DNA from: Mobula hypostoma
Lineage: Eukaryota
Direction: 5' to 3'
DNA length: 64,000 nt
NCBI RefSeq assembly: GCF_963921235.1
Contig: NC_086097.1
Span: forward strand, 167,836,001-167,900,000
Shown here: piece after piece, positions 39,581 through 52,708 of the stretch
How the letters are laid out: each line of letters opens with the position of its first letter
How positions within the stretch are numbered: the first letter of the stretch is position 1
Notes under the pieces: generated by a model
What the model saw: only the letters and a program-made list of their open reading frames with translations
Databases searched by the model: none
Told to the model about the DNA's origin: nothing
Program-made: the position numbers and the translations under genes

Positions 39581-39779
39581 CTTGTGGGCCGAATGGCCTT
39601 TTGGGGTGCTGCACTGTTCGATGCTCTGTGTCCTATGAGAAACAACATTGGTGACTCAGGGTTTCACGAGGATTGGGAAGGATCAGAAGGGAACAGATTT
39701 TAAATGAAACAGGTCAAGGCAGGAGAAATAATTGGCAACTGAGATAGTATCTTAAGGGAAAAGTCACCAGAAATGGAAC

Positions 39780-40232
39780 AAACTCAAGCATTGTGTGAAT
39801 TTCTGGTCGCCCTTCTGAAGGAAGGATATCATTAAACTGGAGAGATTCAAAAAAGATGTATGAGGATATTACTGGGACTGCAATGCTTGAATACTAAGGA
39901 GAGGTTGGATAAGCTGGGATATTTTCCCCCTGGATCATAGGAGGTTGAAGGGTGATCTTGCAGGATTATATAAAGTAATGAGGAGTATAGATAAGGACAA
40001 TAGCCAAAGTCTTTTGCTTGGGGCGAGGAAGCCCAAAACGGAAGAGCATAGGTTTAAAGTGAGATGGGAGAGATTTAAAAAGGACATGAGCAATTTCTTC
40101 AGACAGAAGGTGATGAGCATGCAGAACGAGCTGCCGGAGGAAGTGGTGGAGGCAAGTACAATTATGGCATTTAAAAGCCATTTGCACAGGACATGGATAG
40201 GAAAGCTTCAGAGGGACATGGGCCAAATGCAC
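39780..40232 (+). mobile_element. CR1 LINE 3' fragment
   Basis: KGDLAGLYKVMRSIDK...RFKVRWERFK...NELPEEVVEASTIMAFK. Confidence 0.82.
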
Positions 40233-42824
40233 CTTACATCAACCAACTGTAACTCACAGGTTAGACTGTTTCTGTCAATGGATCACTTCACCTCCAATTA
40301 CCTCAGTAGCACTGATTAGCTTGAACATCATTCAGCTAATCTCACTGAAAGATGGTGAGAATTGAAGGTTCCCAAAATGCAAATGGACCTTTTGTGTGTT
40401 TTAGCTGCTGCCCACATATTTTGGGTTGAGATCCATTTCCTGATCAGTCCAGATGAAGGGTCTCAACTCAAAACGTTGACTGTTGATTTCCCTCTGTAGA
40501 TACTGTCTGATCTGCTGAACTCCTCCAGCAGGTTGATTTTTCTTTTCAAGCATGTTGTTAATCCCTTCTGTACCCTATCCCAAAGTTAGATGACTAGAAT
40601 TGCTCCAATTAATAAAACAATTGATTTGTAGGCTAATTGGTTACTACTAGTGTTGGTAATTCATGAGAAGAACCTAAGGGGAATTGATGAGTATGATTGT
40701 GTGTGCGGGTGTGTGAGAGAGAGACAGAATAATTTGCAAACTGGAATGGAACTGCTGGGGGAACAGGATGGGCTGGATGGCTTCTTTGCCATAATAATAA
40801 TAATAATGTAGTTCTGGTTTTATCAGTCTTTTATAAAAGGTTAATCTGACTTCCCTGCCTTTATTTATTTTAGGATTCAGTATACTTTACAACTCTGATT
40901 TTGCAACAACTTTACACTTTAAAGGATTGATACACTGAGGCAGAATGGTGATTAAATATACTCAGGAAGGAGTGGGATATGAGGAGAGAGCAGAGCAGAG
41001 GCTAAATTTGGATGATCAGCTGTAAGCACAGTGAATGGTGGAACAGGAATGAAGATCCAAAGGCCTGTTCCAATTCCTTTTTCTCTACATTTGTAAGCCA
41101 CTGTGCTTTCTGAACTAAAGCGAATATCCTATTCATCCTAACATTTGACTCTTTAATTCCATATGCCTCAACTTGGTTAACCAGCCTTTTGTGTAGATCC
41201 TTGTCAGATGCCTCTGAAAGACCATGTTGGCAACATCCCTTCAATGGCCTTCTCTGATACCTCATCAAAAGGTTCAATTGTGTTACTCACACATGAGTTC
41301 CCATTAACAAAGCTATTCTGACTCTCCACTATTACTTCAAAACTTCTCTAAGTGCATATTATTTTTCTACTGATTATTGTTTCTAAAATCTACTCCTCCA
41401 CTGAGGTTAAACTGACTGGCCTGGTTAAATAAAGGTGTTACATTTGCCACTTTCCATTCATCTGGCACTTTTCTCTTATCCATAGGAAGCAGTGAAAGAT
41501 ATTGGCAAGCCATTATTGTAATATCCAGCCAATGCATTCTATCTGGACCTGGTGACTTATTTACTTGAAGTGTAATTGTTAATTGGTTTACTATTGTATC
41601 ATGTACTGAAATACAGTGTAAAGTTTTGTTTGCATGCCTTCCAGACAGATCATTCCATACATAAATACACTGAGGTAGTACCAAGGGAAAAATCAATAAC
41701 AGAATGCAGAATATAGTGTTACAGTTACAGAGAGAGTGCAGGCAGACAAATATAATGCAAGCATCAGTATGAGGTAGATGGGGAGATCAGGAGTTCGTCT
41801 TTATCGTACAAGTGATCCATTCAAGAGTGTTATAACAGCAGAATCTGTCCTTGATCTCTGCATAAGCCTGCTGGTACGTGACCTCAAGTTTTTGTATCTT
41901 CTGTCTGATTGAAGGCAAGAATGGAATGACTCAGGTGGAAGGGATCTTTGATTATGTTAGCAACAGGGAGTGTAGACAGAGAAGAGGTTGTTTTTCACAA
42001 CTGTACACAGCCTATAAATGCATTTTTAATATTTTACACCCACTTCTGAATCTTCTATGATGCTGGCACTGTCCGCTTGGTGAAGAGCAATGCCAGATGC
42101 CCAGTCAGTGTTACGCTATGCTTTCTGTCACTAAGCTTGGATCACTTGGATAACTAGCCCTCTTACCGATCCACATGCTTCAGGATGTTTTTGTGTTCCT
42201 TCATTAAATAGCATCTCCTAATGGCATGGAAACAGGCTCTTCGGCCCATCTCAACCAAGATGCCCATCTGCCTGCGTTTGGCCCTTATCCCTCTAATCCT
42301 GATGGGTTGTACTTGCACATCCCAGTTCTGGTGTATGGAGGGGAGGTGTAGCAGTGACCAGCGGCCCACAACAATCTCACCATTTGACCTAACACAGTGC
42401 ACAGCTCCTGAGACAGAATCCTGGGGTAACTTGACCTGTATGCTTCCCACCTCCACAACAACTGATACATCTGTCACACCATCTTTAGGGGATTTTGACT
42501 TCATCTCTGAACTATAGTCTGCTTAAGTTGATGCACCATACAGCTCTGCTGATGAACAGGTAGCATTAGTTGGCCATGTATTGAAGATGTTGTGGTTTCA
42601 GTATCTGTTTGGTCACCTACTGCAAGATTCAGCAGCCATGGAAGGTAACTCCTATACATAAAAATATAAGTCATCTTTAATTTAAACATTAAAGTCATCT
42701 TTAAATTAGACATTAAATAAAGCTTGATGCAGGTAAACTAAAAATGAACCTAAGTGTCTTGGTGAGGACAGCCCCTTTGGGAAGCAACAACAAGGAGAAG
42801 TTTGATTAAAATAGTGTCAAAGGA

Positions 42825-43340
42825 TCATAGAATAATACAGCACAGGAGCAGGCCCTTCAGCCCAACACATCTATGCGAACTAAAGTACCCATTTAAGCTA
42901 GTTTCATTGTCCCACGTTTTGTCATATCCCTCTTAATACTTCCTATCCATGTATCTGTCCAAAGATCTTTTAAATATCATTATTGTACTTACCTCAGCCA
43001 CTTCCTCTGCTAAATAATTCAATTTAAGCGCCACTTTCTGCATGAAGAAGTTGTCCCTCAAGTCCCTTTTGAATCTTTGTCCTATCACCAAAACCCTGTG
43101 GGTTAAAAACCCTATGCACTCATCCTATCTCATGAATTAATACAACTCTATTAAGGCCACTCTTCAGTTTCCTATTTCAAGGAATAAAGTCTGAGTCTGC
43201 CCATCCCCTCTCATTAACTTAGGCCCTCGAATCCTGGCAGCATTCTCCTGAGTCTTTGTGCTCTGTGCAGACCTATTGACATCTTTCCTACAAGAGGGTA
43301 TACAAAACTGTACAATATCCTCCAAGTGCAGCCTCGCCAG
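42825..43340 (-). mobile_element. Degenerate CR1 3' end
   Basis: Minus-strand CR1 C-terminal nucleotide motifs ending in gggctgaagggcctgctcctgtgctgtattattctatg. Confidence 0.7.
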
Positions 43341-44970
43341 TCAAATTGAAAATTCTTGCCAAATACAATAATTGACAAAATGAAGCCATCATCAGAATTG
43401 GGCGTCAGATTTTTAACTTTGCTGATGAAGGATCTGCATTGATTTTTTTAACACCTAGATATTTATTGGCAACATTGCAACAGTTTGAACATTGACATTA
43501 GGCTACATGTAGTATATCAGAGAAAATAACAGATTGGGGGATCTTTAACTGCAGCAACTTCTTCCAATAAAAGCAGGGTAATTTCTCCGGAAAATTGAAG
43601 TGAGTGAAAGACAGTTATTTGTAATGGATCTATTTATATAATTTACAGTGACTTATAATAATGTGGTCACCAGCTGATCAAGAGTGGAATTACCTAATTA
43701 ATTATTGTTTCCACTGTGGCTGCTAAAGTATTGTCACTGTACTTTGTGTTTAAAGCACGATGTAATTGTGGAGAAAAGGAAATTATGTCTTTGGGTTTGT
43801 TAACTGTTGATTTTATAGTTGGGAGTTTTTCCTTCAAGCTCAGTGGTTCCCAAAGTAGGCGATATTGCTTACACCACCCCCCTCAAGGAAAGGTGTGAGT
43901 TTCTAAGGGGCGATTAAGATAACGGGGATGGAGGGGTGTTGCTTGGAAGCAAGCAGGGGTGTGGCTGAGGGCTCACAGGCTTAATTTAAGAAATTAATAA
44001 CTTATTATAATCATTTGATCTTCAGTGCCTCATGATTGATTACAATGATCACGTAATCACTTCATCTCTTGCTAACCCTTCATTCTCTGAGACTATGCTA
44101 AAAGTGCGTAATAGTTGTTGAAAAACAATGTGACACTTGTATATTTGGCCTATCATGAGAAATCTGGACTGAAGAAATAGTGTCATTTCCAGGCCCCACC
44201 CTTGCATATTGCTATTCACTACAGTATTAGCTGGTACAATTCACATACTCATGCAGTCACACAATTCTTGTGAATTAGGATACGTCATTCATTGGGATCA
44301 CGTTTAGAATCTGCCCTTTTGAATGGTCTTGGCTGCTTTTTCTCTAGCCCGCAAACATAGCACTGACCCAGGCAGAGCGTCAGGGCTATGAGGATGTCAT
44401 AACTTTCCCCTTTATTGTTCACAGCACTTGAGGTTGGACTCAAACAATAGGCCATGGTCGTTAATCCATAATGAAAATGGCAGAAGCAGACCAAACAGAA
44501 AAGTGTAGACAGTATAGTGAGGAGTATCTGAAATATGGATTTATACCAGCACCAAACAACCAACAGTAGCCAATGTGTCTGTTGTGTGAAAAGTTTTTTT
44601 TTAAATGAGGCAATAAAACTGTCTAGGATCCTTGAACATTTGAAGAGAATACACTCTAATAAAGCAAACAAGAACTTGGCTTATTTTCAGTCACTTCATG
44701 AAAACGTTCAGAAATGGGAAACACTTCAAAACATGTTTGCCAGCACCTCACAACAAAACGGTGAGGGTTTGTGTGCTTCATAACATTTCACTGCTCATTA
44801 GTAAGCCCCATACAATTGGGAAAGAACTGGTTCTGCCAGCAGTAAGGGAGGTTCTGAGTACAGTTTTGGATAAGTCACTGAACCAAATCATTCAAGTGGT
44901 TCTGTTCAGTGACAACTCTGTTCAAAGACGAATAGATGAAATGGCTGACAATGGGAAGATATTGTTGATC

Positions 44971-46073
44971 AAAGATAGATACTTTTTTGATCCCAAAAGA
45001 AATTACAGTGCCACAGTAGCATTACAGAGCACAGATGTACAGATATTAGAAGAAGAGTAAGAAAGAATAAAGAGATAAGTTACCACAAACAGTCTAACAG
45101 GAGGGGGTCATCACTTCCCCAGCTATAGGTTGACTCATTATAAAGCCAAATGGCCGAGGATTAGAATGACCTCATATAGCGCTCTGTGGAGCAGTGCAGT
45201 TGTCTAAGTCTATTACTAAAAGTGCTCCTCTGTTCAGCCAAGGTGTTGCATGCAGAGGGTGAGAAACATTGTCCAGAATTGATAGGGTTATCCATAGGGT
45301 CCGTTGTTCTACTACTACCTCCAGTGTGTCCAGTTTGACTCCTATAACAGAGCCAGCCTTTCTAATCGGTTTATTGAGCCTGTTGGCATCATCCATGTTG
45401 ATACTATTGCCCTAGCACACCACTGCATAGAAGATTGTACTGGTGACTACAGGCTGGTAGAACACGTGGCAGAGAGGCCTGCATAATCAAAAGGACCTCA
45501 GTCTCCTCAGGAAGCAGAGGTGGCTCTGGCCCTTCTTGTACACAGCCTCTGTGTTGATGCTGCACTCAAATCTGTCACCCAGGTGCATCCCCAGGTACTT
45601 GTAGGTCCTCACCATGTCCACACTTCATCCATGTCCTCACCATCAATAGGAACAGGGAGCACTGCAGGCTTAGTCTTCCTAAAGTCTATCACCATCTCCT
45701 TTGGCTTACTGATATTGAGCTGCAGATGATTCAGCTTGCACCATTTGACAAAATCGTCCACCAGGGCCCCATATTCATCCTCCTGTCCTCCCTTTATACA
45801 GCCAACTATTGCTGAGTTATCAGAGAATTTCTGCAGATGACATGACTCAGTGTTGTATCTAAAGTCCGAGGTATACGGGGTAAACAAGAAATGGACCAAT
45901 AGAGTCTCCTGTGGGACCCCAATGCTGCTTTTAGCCATGTCTGATGCACAGCTCTGAAGCCACACAAACTATGGTCTGCTATTCAGGTAGTACATTATCC
46001 AGGATACAATGGAAGTGCCAACCTGCATTGAATAGAACTTTTCCCTCAGCAATGAGGGCTGTATAGTATTGAA
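44971..46073 (-). mobile_element. Rex1/Babar LINE 3' fragment nested in the hAT transposase
   Basis: FNTIQP, GVPQETLL..FLFT.YTSDF...QKFSDNSAIVGCI...WCKLNHLQLNISKPKEMVIDFRK. Confidence 0.88.
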
Positions 46074-47094
46074 GGACAACAGAATTTGCTCTGCTGTTGG
46101 ATGAGTCAACTTTGCCAGGCACAGTTGTTTGCTTCATAAAAGATGAAATCATGGTTCAGGAGTTGTTCTTTTCCAGGGGGCTAGAAACAGGTATGAAATA
46201 GAGTCATATTTTGGGTTGTTGATGAATTTTTCAAAGAGAAAGACATTCCTTCACTAACATTCTTGTTTGTGCAACAGATGGGGCACAATCAATGGCAGGA
46301 CACCACCGTGGGGTTATTACTTTCTGAAAAAAATCTGTACCATTCACTGTGTAATTCACAGACAACATCCTGTCTCCAAAAGAAAACAGTGATTGGCTAC
46401 ACAAATGATTAAATACTGTTATCACAGCAGTAAATAAAATCAAGTCCCAGGCACTCAATTCTTGACTACTTCAAGAAATTTGTACTGAGAATGAAGAACC
46501 GTTTGAACCCTTGCTGTTGCGCACAGAAGTCAGGTGTCTCTCAAAAGAAAACTACCTGAGATGCTATAATATGCTTTTTGAGACTATGATAAAAAATACC
46601 TTGAAGACTCAGTAATCAACTGTAGATTATTAGGCATGGCATTGCTTATTAGAACTATTGGCAAAGTTTAATGAAATCAATTTTTAATTACAAGGAAATA
46701 ATGTGAATCAAACATTTTGAAAAGCTCAAACAGATAAATAGAGGGATAGCTCAAGTGAAGCGGCCAGTGACTGAGTGGGCCAATGAAGGAGTGGAGCTTT
46801 GAGGCTTTGACTCGAGAGATTCTGGCAGTTTTGGCAGTTGGTCTGTGCAATCAAGTCAATCAAGATTTCAATAGATCAGCAGAAAGCTGTTGATTAGACA
46901 ATCAAGATTTGAATAGCTCAGCCTCAGCAGAAAGCAACTGATTGGGCAGTCGAGGTCAGGTGACCAAGCATTTTGAAAAGCTCAAACAGATAAATAGAGG
47001 GATAGCTCGAGCGAAGCGGCCAGTGAAGGAGTGGAGCTTTGAGGCTTCGACGAGAAGAGGTGGAGGACAAGCTAGCTTGCAGTTAGTTTTTACA

Positions 47095-48033
47095 ATGTCT
47101 CCTGAGACGCTGATGTGCCTCTCATGTGAGATGTGGCAGTCTTGGGGGAACTCCCCTCTCCTGCAGAGTCACATCTGCCAGAAGTGCATACGGCTGGGTG
47201 ATCTGGAAGACCGTGTAAGGAATCTGGAGCAGCAGCTGGATGACCTTCGACTCATAAGGGAGAATGAGGCAGTCATAGATGAGAGCTACAGGGAGGTAGT
47301 CACAACTAGGCTGTGGGAAGCAGGTCATTGGGTGACAGTCAGGGGGGGGGAAGCGAAGGTGAGCAGACAGGTAGTGCAGAGCACCCCTGTAGCCATTCCC
47401 CTGAATAATAAGTTTACTGTCCTGGATACTGTTGGCGGGGACAACCGACCAGGTGTGAGCCACGGTGGCAGGGCCTCCGGCACTGAGTCTGAACCTGTGG
47501 TGCAGAAGGGTGGGACGGAGAAGAGGACAGCTGTCGTCATTGGAGACTCTATAGTCAGGGGAGCAGACAGGAGATTTTGTGGATGTGAGCAGGACACCCG
47601 CATGATTTGTTGCCTCCTGGGTGCCAGGGTCCGGGATGTCTCTGACCGGGTGCACGACATCTTGGTATGAGAGGGAAAGCAACCAGAAGTTGTGATACAT
47701 GTTGGGACCAACGACCTAGGCAGGAAGAGGGATGAGGTCCTGAAGTGTGAGTTTTGGGAACTAGGCAGAAGGCTGAAGAACAGGACCTCAAGGGTGGCGT
47801 TCTCAGGGTTGCTGCCAGTGCTATGTGACAGTGATGGTAAGAATTGGAGGAGATGGCAGTTGAATGCGTGGCTGAGGAGTTGGTGCAGGGGCAGGGTTTT
47901 AGATTTTTGCATCATTGGGATCTCTTCTGGGGAAGGTGGGACCTGTACAGATTGGATGGGTTGCACCTGAACTCGAGGTGGAGCAATATCCTTGCTGGTA
48001 GGTTTGCTAGCATGGTTCGGGAGGGTTTAAACT
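47095..48033 (+). pseudogene. CR1 ORF1: zinc finger, coiled coil and SGNH/GDSL esterase-like domain
   Basis: MSPETLMCLSC...CQKC, LEDRVRNLEQQLDDL, VVIGDSIVRG, IHVGTND, DGLHLN. In-frame TGA at 47668-47670 and a frameshift near 47890. Confidence 0.9.
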
Positions 48034-48169
48034 AATTTGCAAGAGGGATGGGACCCGGAGCGATAGAGCAGTGAAAGAAGTGCATGGAGTAAAGCCAGAT
48101 CTAACATACAGAGAGGCTTTGAGGAAAGAGAAGCAGAATAAACGGTGTAAAGACAGTAAGGTAGAAGGG

Positions 48170-50964
48170 CTGAAATGTGTGTACCTCAATGCAAGAAGCA
48201 TCAGGAAGAAAGGTGATGAACTGAGAGCTTGGATACATACATGGAATTATGATGTAGTGGCCATGACAGAGACTTGGCTGGCACCAGGGCAGGAATGGAT
48301 TCTCAATATTCCTGGATTTCAGTGCTTTAAAAAGGATAGAGAGGGGGGAAAAAAGGGGAAGAGGGGTGGCATTACTGGTCAGGGATACTATTACAGCTAC
48401 AGAAAGGGTGGGTAATGTAGCAGGATCCTCTTTTGAGTCAATATGGGTGGAAGTCAGGAACAGGAAGGGACCAGTTACTCTATTGGGGGTGTTCTATAAG
48501 CCCCCTGGTAGCAACAGAGATGCAGAGGAGCAGATTGGGAGGCAGATTTTGGAAAGGTGCAAAAATAACAGGGTTGTTATCATGGGTGACTTTAACTTCC
48601 CTAATATTGATTGGCACCTGATTAGTTCCAAGGGTTTAGATGGGGCAGAGTTTGTTAAGTGTGTCCAGGATGGATTCCTGTCACAGTATGTGGACAGGCT
48701 GACCAGGGGGAATGCCATACTAGATCTAGTACTAGGTAATGAACTGGGTCAGGTCACAGATCTCTCAGTGGGTGAGCATCTGGGGGACAGTGACCACCGC
48801 TCCCTGGCCTTTAGCATTATCATGGAAAAGGATAGAATCAGAGAGGACAGGAAAATTTTTAATTGGGGAAAGGCAAATTATGAGGCTATAAGACTAGAAC
48901 TTGCGGGTGTGAATTGGGATGATGTTTTTGCAGGGAAATGTACTATGGACATGTGGTCGATGTTTAGAGATCTCTTGCGGGATGTTAGGGATTAATTTGT
49001 CTCCGTGAGGAAGATAAAGAATGGTAGGGTGAAGGAACCATGGGTGACAAGTGAGGTGGAAAATCTAGTCAGGTGGAAGAAGGCAGCATACATGAGGTTT
49101 AGGAAGCAAGGATCAGATGGGTCTATTGAGGAATATAGGGAAGCAAGAAAGGAGCTTAAGAAGGGGCTGAGAAGAGCAAGAAGGGGGCATGAGAAGGCCT
49201 TGGTGAGTAGGGTAAAGGAAAACCCCAAGGCATTCTTCAATTATGTGAAGAAAAAAAGGATGACAGGAGTGAAGGTAGGACGGATTAGAGATAAAGGTGG
49301 GAAGATGTGCCTGGAGGCTGTGGGAGTGAGCGAGGTCCTCAATGAATACTTCTCTTCGGTATTCACCAATGAGAGGGAACTTGATGATGGTGAGGACAAT
49401 ATGAGTGAGGTTGATGTTCTGGAGCATGTTGATATTAAGGGAAAGGAGGTGTTGGAGTTGTTAAAATACATTAGGACAGATAAGTCCCCAGGGCTTGATG
49501 GAATATTCCCCAGGCTGCTCCACGAGGCGAGAGAAGAGATTGCTGAGCCTCTGGCTAGGATCTTAATGTCCTTGTTGTCCACAGGAATGGTACTGGAGGA
49601 TTGGAGGGAGGTGAATGTTGTCCCCTTGTTCAAAAAAGGTAGTAGGGCTAGTCCAGGTAATTATAGACCAGTGAACCTTACGTCTGTGGTGGGAAAGCTG
49701 TTGGAAAAGATTCTTAGCGATAGGATCTATAGGCATTTAGAGAATCATGGTCTGATCAGGGACAGTCAGCATGGCTTTGTGAAGGGCAGATCATGTCTAA
49801 CAAGCCTGATAGAGTTCTTTGAGGAGATGACCAGGCATATAGATGAGGGTAGTGCAGTGGGTGTGATCTATATAGATTTTAGTAAGGCATTCAACAAGGT
49901 TCCACACGGTAGGCTTATTCAGAAAGTTAGAAGGCATGGGATCCAGGGAAGTTTGGCCAGGTGGATTCAGAATTGGCTTGCCTACAGAAGGCAGAGGGTG
50001 GTGGTGGAGGGAGTACATTCAGATCGGAGGATTGTGACTAGTGGTGTCCCACAAGGATCTGTTCTGGGACCTCTACTTTTCGTGATTTTTATTAACGACC
50101 TGGATGTGGGGGGTAGAAGGGTGGGTTGGCAAGTTTGCAGAGAACACAAACGTTGGTGGTGTTGTAGATAGTGTAGAGGATTGTCAAAGATTGCAGAGAG
50201 ACATTGATAGGATGCAGAAGTGGGCTGAGAAGTGGCGGATGGAGTTCAACCCGGAGAAGTGTGAGGTGGTACACTTTGGAAGGGCAAATTCCAAGGGAGA
50301 GTACAAAGTAAATGGCAGGATATTTGGTAGTGCGGAGGAGCAGAGGGATCTCGGGGTACATGTCCACAGATCCCTGAAAATTGCCTCACAGGTGGATAGG
50401 GTAGTTAAGAATGCTTATGGGGTGTTAGCTTTCATAAGTCGAGGGATAGAGTTTAAGAGTCGCGATGTAATGATGCAGCTCTATAAAACTCTGTTTAGGC
50501 CACACTTGGAGTACTGTGTCCAGTTCTGGTCACCTCACTATTGGAAGGATGTGGAAGCATTGGAAAGGGTACAGAGGAGAGTTACCAGGATGCTGCCTGG
50601 TTTAGAAAGTATGTATTATGATCAGAGATTAAAGGAGCTAGGGCTTTACTCTTTGGAGAGAAGGAGGGTGAGAGGAGACATGATAGAGATATACAAGATA
50701 ATAAGAGGAATAGATAGAGTGGATAGCCAGCGCCTCTTTCCCAGGGCACCACTGCTCAATACAAGAGGACATGGCTTTAAGGTAAGGGGTGGGAAGTTCA
50801 AGGGGGATATTAGAGGAAGGTTTTTTACTCAGAGAGTGGTTGGTGCGTGGAATACACTGCCTGAGTCAGTGGTGGAGGCAGATACACTAGTGAAGTTTAA
50901 GAGACTACTAGACAGGTATATGGAGGAATTTAAGGTGGGGGCTTATATGGGAGGCAGAGTTTGA
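48170..50964 (+). pseudogene. CR1 ORF2: APE endonuclease and reverse transcriptase
   Basis: YLNARSI, TETWL, MGDFNFP, DSDH (endonuclease); [38 protein letters not shown] (decayed FADDT). Frameshifts near 48360 and 50110; stop at 48993-48995. Confidence 0.95.
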
Positions 50965-51186
50965 GGGTTGACACAACATTGTGGGCCAAAGGGCCACAAT
51001 TTATTACTGTGCTGTACTATTCTATGTTCTATGTTTGTTCTTATTGAAGTCAAATTAGTTGTCTCCACGTTTCTGTCCAAGTTAGCCCTATTTATGGGCA
51101 ACATTGGCCGTCGTGACCTTTTCTAATTTCTGAGCCTCTCTGAGTTAGAAGAGAAAGAAAGAATACCCAATGATGATCTTCAAGTA

Positions 51187-52708
51187 CAGATGGCCCCCGT
51201 TTTCCGAGCGTTCGCTTTACGACACCTCGCTGTTACAAAAGACCTCCATTAGTTACCTGTTTTCGCTAACAGAAGGTGTTTTCACTGTTATGAAAAAAAG
51301 CAGTGCGCGCCCCGAGCAGCCAAACTCCTCCCCGGAACTGCATTCTGGCCAGCATTGTTTAAACACATGCTTTATCTCGATTTATTTTGTGTATCCGTTA
51401 GCAAGCTGAGTTCTAAGGTATCGGAAAAGCCTAAAAGAGCTTGTAAGGGTGTTACACTTAGCGTAAATCTAGACATAATTAAGCGTTTCGATTGTGGTGA
51501 ACGAAGTAAGGATATTGTCCGCGCGTTAAACTTGCCTGCGTCCACCATTCGCACTATTTATACGCAGAGAGAAAGAATTTTGAAAGCTGCCGAAGTTACT
51601 GTTGGTTCTGCTCGTAGCAAAGTGGTCTCTCTTAGTCAGCATCCAATAATGGATAAAATGGGAAGTCTATTGCTTGAGTGGATTGATGGGTGTACAAAGC
51701 GTGGTGTTCCGTTAAGTTTTCTTATACTTCAGGAGAAATCGGTTGGTCTTTTTAATAAGCTGAAACAGAAAGCACTGGACGATGGTGATGAAAGTGTTGC
51801 GAAAGTGGAATTTAAAGGTAGTCATGGGTGGTTTGATCGGTTTTTGAGGTGAGGGCCGCTTCATAGTTTAAGCAGTGGTCCCCAACCTCTGGGCCGCCAA
51901 CCAATACATTGCCACAAAGAGTGCAGCGGTAGTCGGAACGCACCCAGCACATCTTTAATTTAAAAAACCGAAATAAACAAGCTAATTAATTAGGTAATCA
52001 CAAAATAATCTGCAGATGCTGTGATCAAAGCAACACTTTCAGTATGCTGGATGAACTCAGCAGGTCAGGCAGAATCAGTTAGAAACGATGAGTCGACGTT
52101 TCGGGCCGGAACCCTTTGTCAGGACTGAAGAATGAAAGATGGGGAAGGACTTGAAGAATGCTTGTAGCTTCAGTTGAAAGACCAGTAATTAGTTAATTAA
52201 TTAGTCAATTTAAAAAATAATTAATTAGGTGCCGCCCGGCACATAAATGTCGGCCCAGATCAGAGGTGATTGCTGATTGCGTCAGGTGGTTATTCGTATA
52301 AGCAAATGTTTACTACCCTGTACATACATTATTTCTACTTGATATAGGCTGTGTATTTTTATGTGTTATTTGGGATGATTTGGCAGATTCACAGCTTAAA
52401 GGTTACTGGAGAGAGTGTTTCTGCCGAGAGCGCTTCCGCGAGATTTTCGCTGCGCTAGACAGTGCTGCAGAAAAGTATTTCTACTTTAGATAGGCTGTGT
52501 ATTTATCATATCGTTCCTGCTATATGTTACTGTTATTTTAGGTTTTATGTGTTATTTGGCATGATTTTGTAGGTTATTTTTTGGGTCTGGGAACGCTCAA
52601 AAAATTTTCCCATATTAATAAATGGTAATTGTTTATTCACTTTACGACATTCCGGCTTACGAACCATTTCATAGTAACGCTCTACCTTCAGATAGCAGGG
52701 GAAACCTG
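51187..52708 (+). mobile_element. Internally deleted Tigger/pogo element nested in the hAT
   Basis: TA on both sides (51185-51186, 52709-52710); imperfect TIRs CAGATGGCCCCCG / GCAGGGGAAACCTG. ORF 51355-51852 encodes CENP-B-type HTH domains ending EFKGSHGWFDRF; no DDE domain seen. Confidence 0.88.
51873..52285 (+). mobile_element. hAT-like left-end fragment inside the Tigger element, itself carrying a minus-strand Penelope-derived insert (about 51995-52190)
   Basis: Starts CAGTGGTCCCCAACC (compare 62799). Insert lies between repeated taattaattag motifs and holds a hammerhead motif at 52090-52127. Confidence 0.65.

Larger units (their letters stand above)
46710..51039 (+). mobile_element. Near full-length CR1 LINE (5' UTR, ORF1, ORF2, 3' UTR) nested in the hAT
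   Basis: Both ORFs present; tail TATTCTATGTTCTATGTT; flanks rejoin the hAT frame as gtgaat|cttatt (VN|LI). Confidence 0.95.

Noticed and set aside
46710..51039. Active CR1 or a novel RT-esterase system
   Set aside because: The esterase ORF1 plus APE-RT ORF2 layout is standard for CR1. This copy has stops, frameshifts and a mutated catalytic motif.
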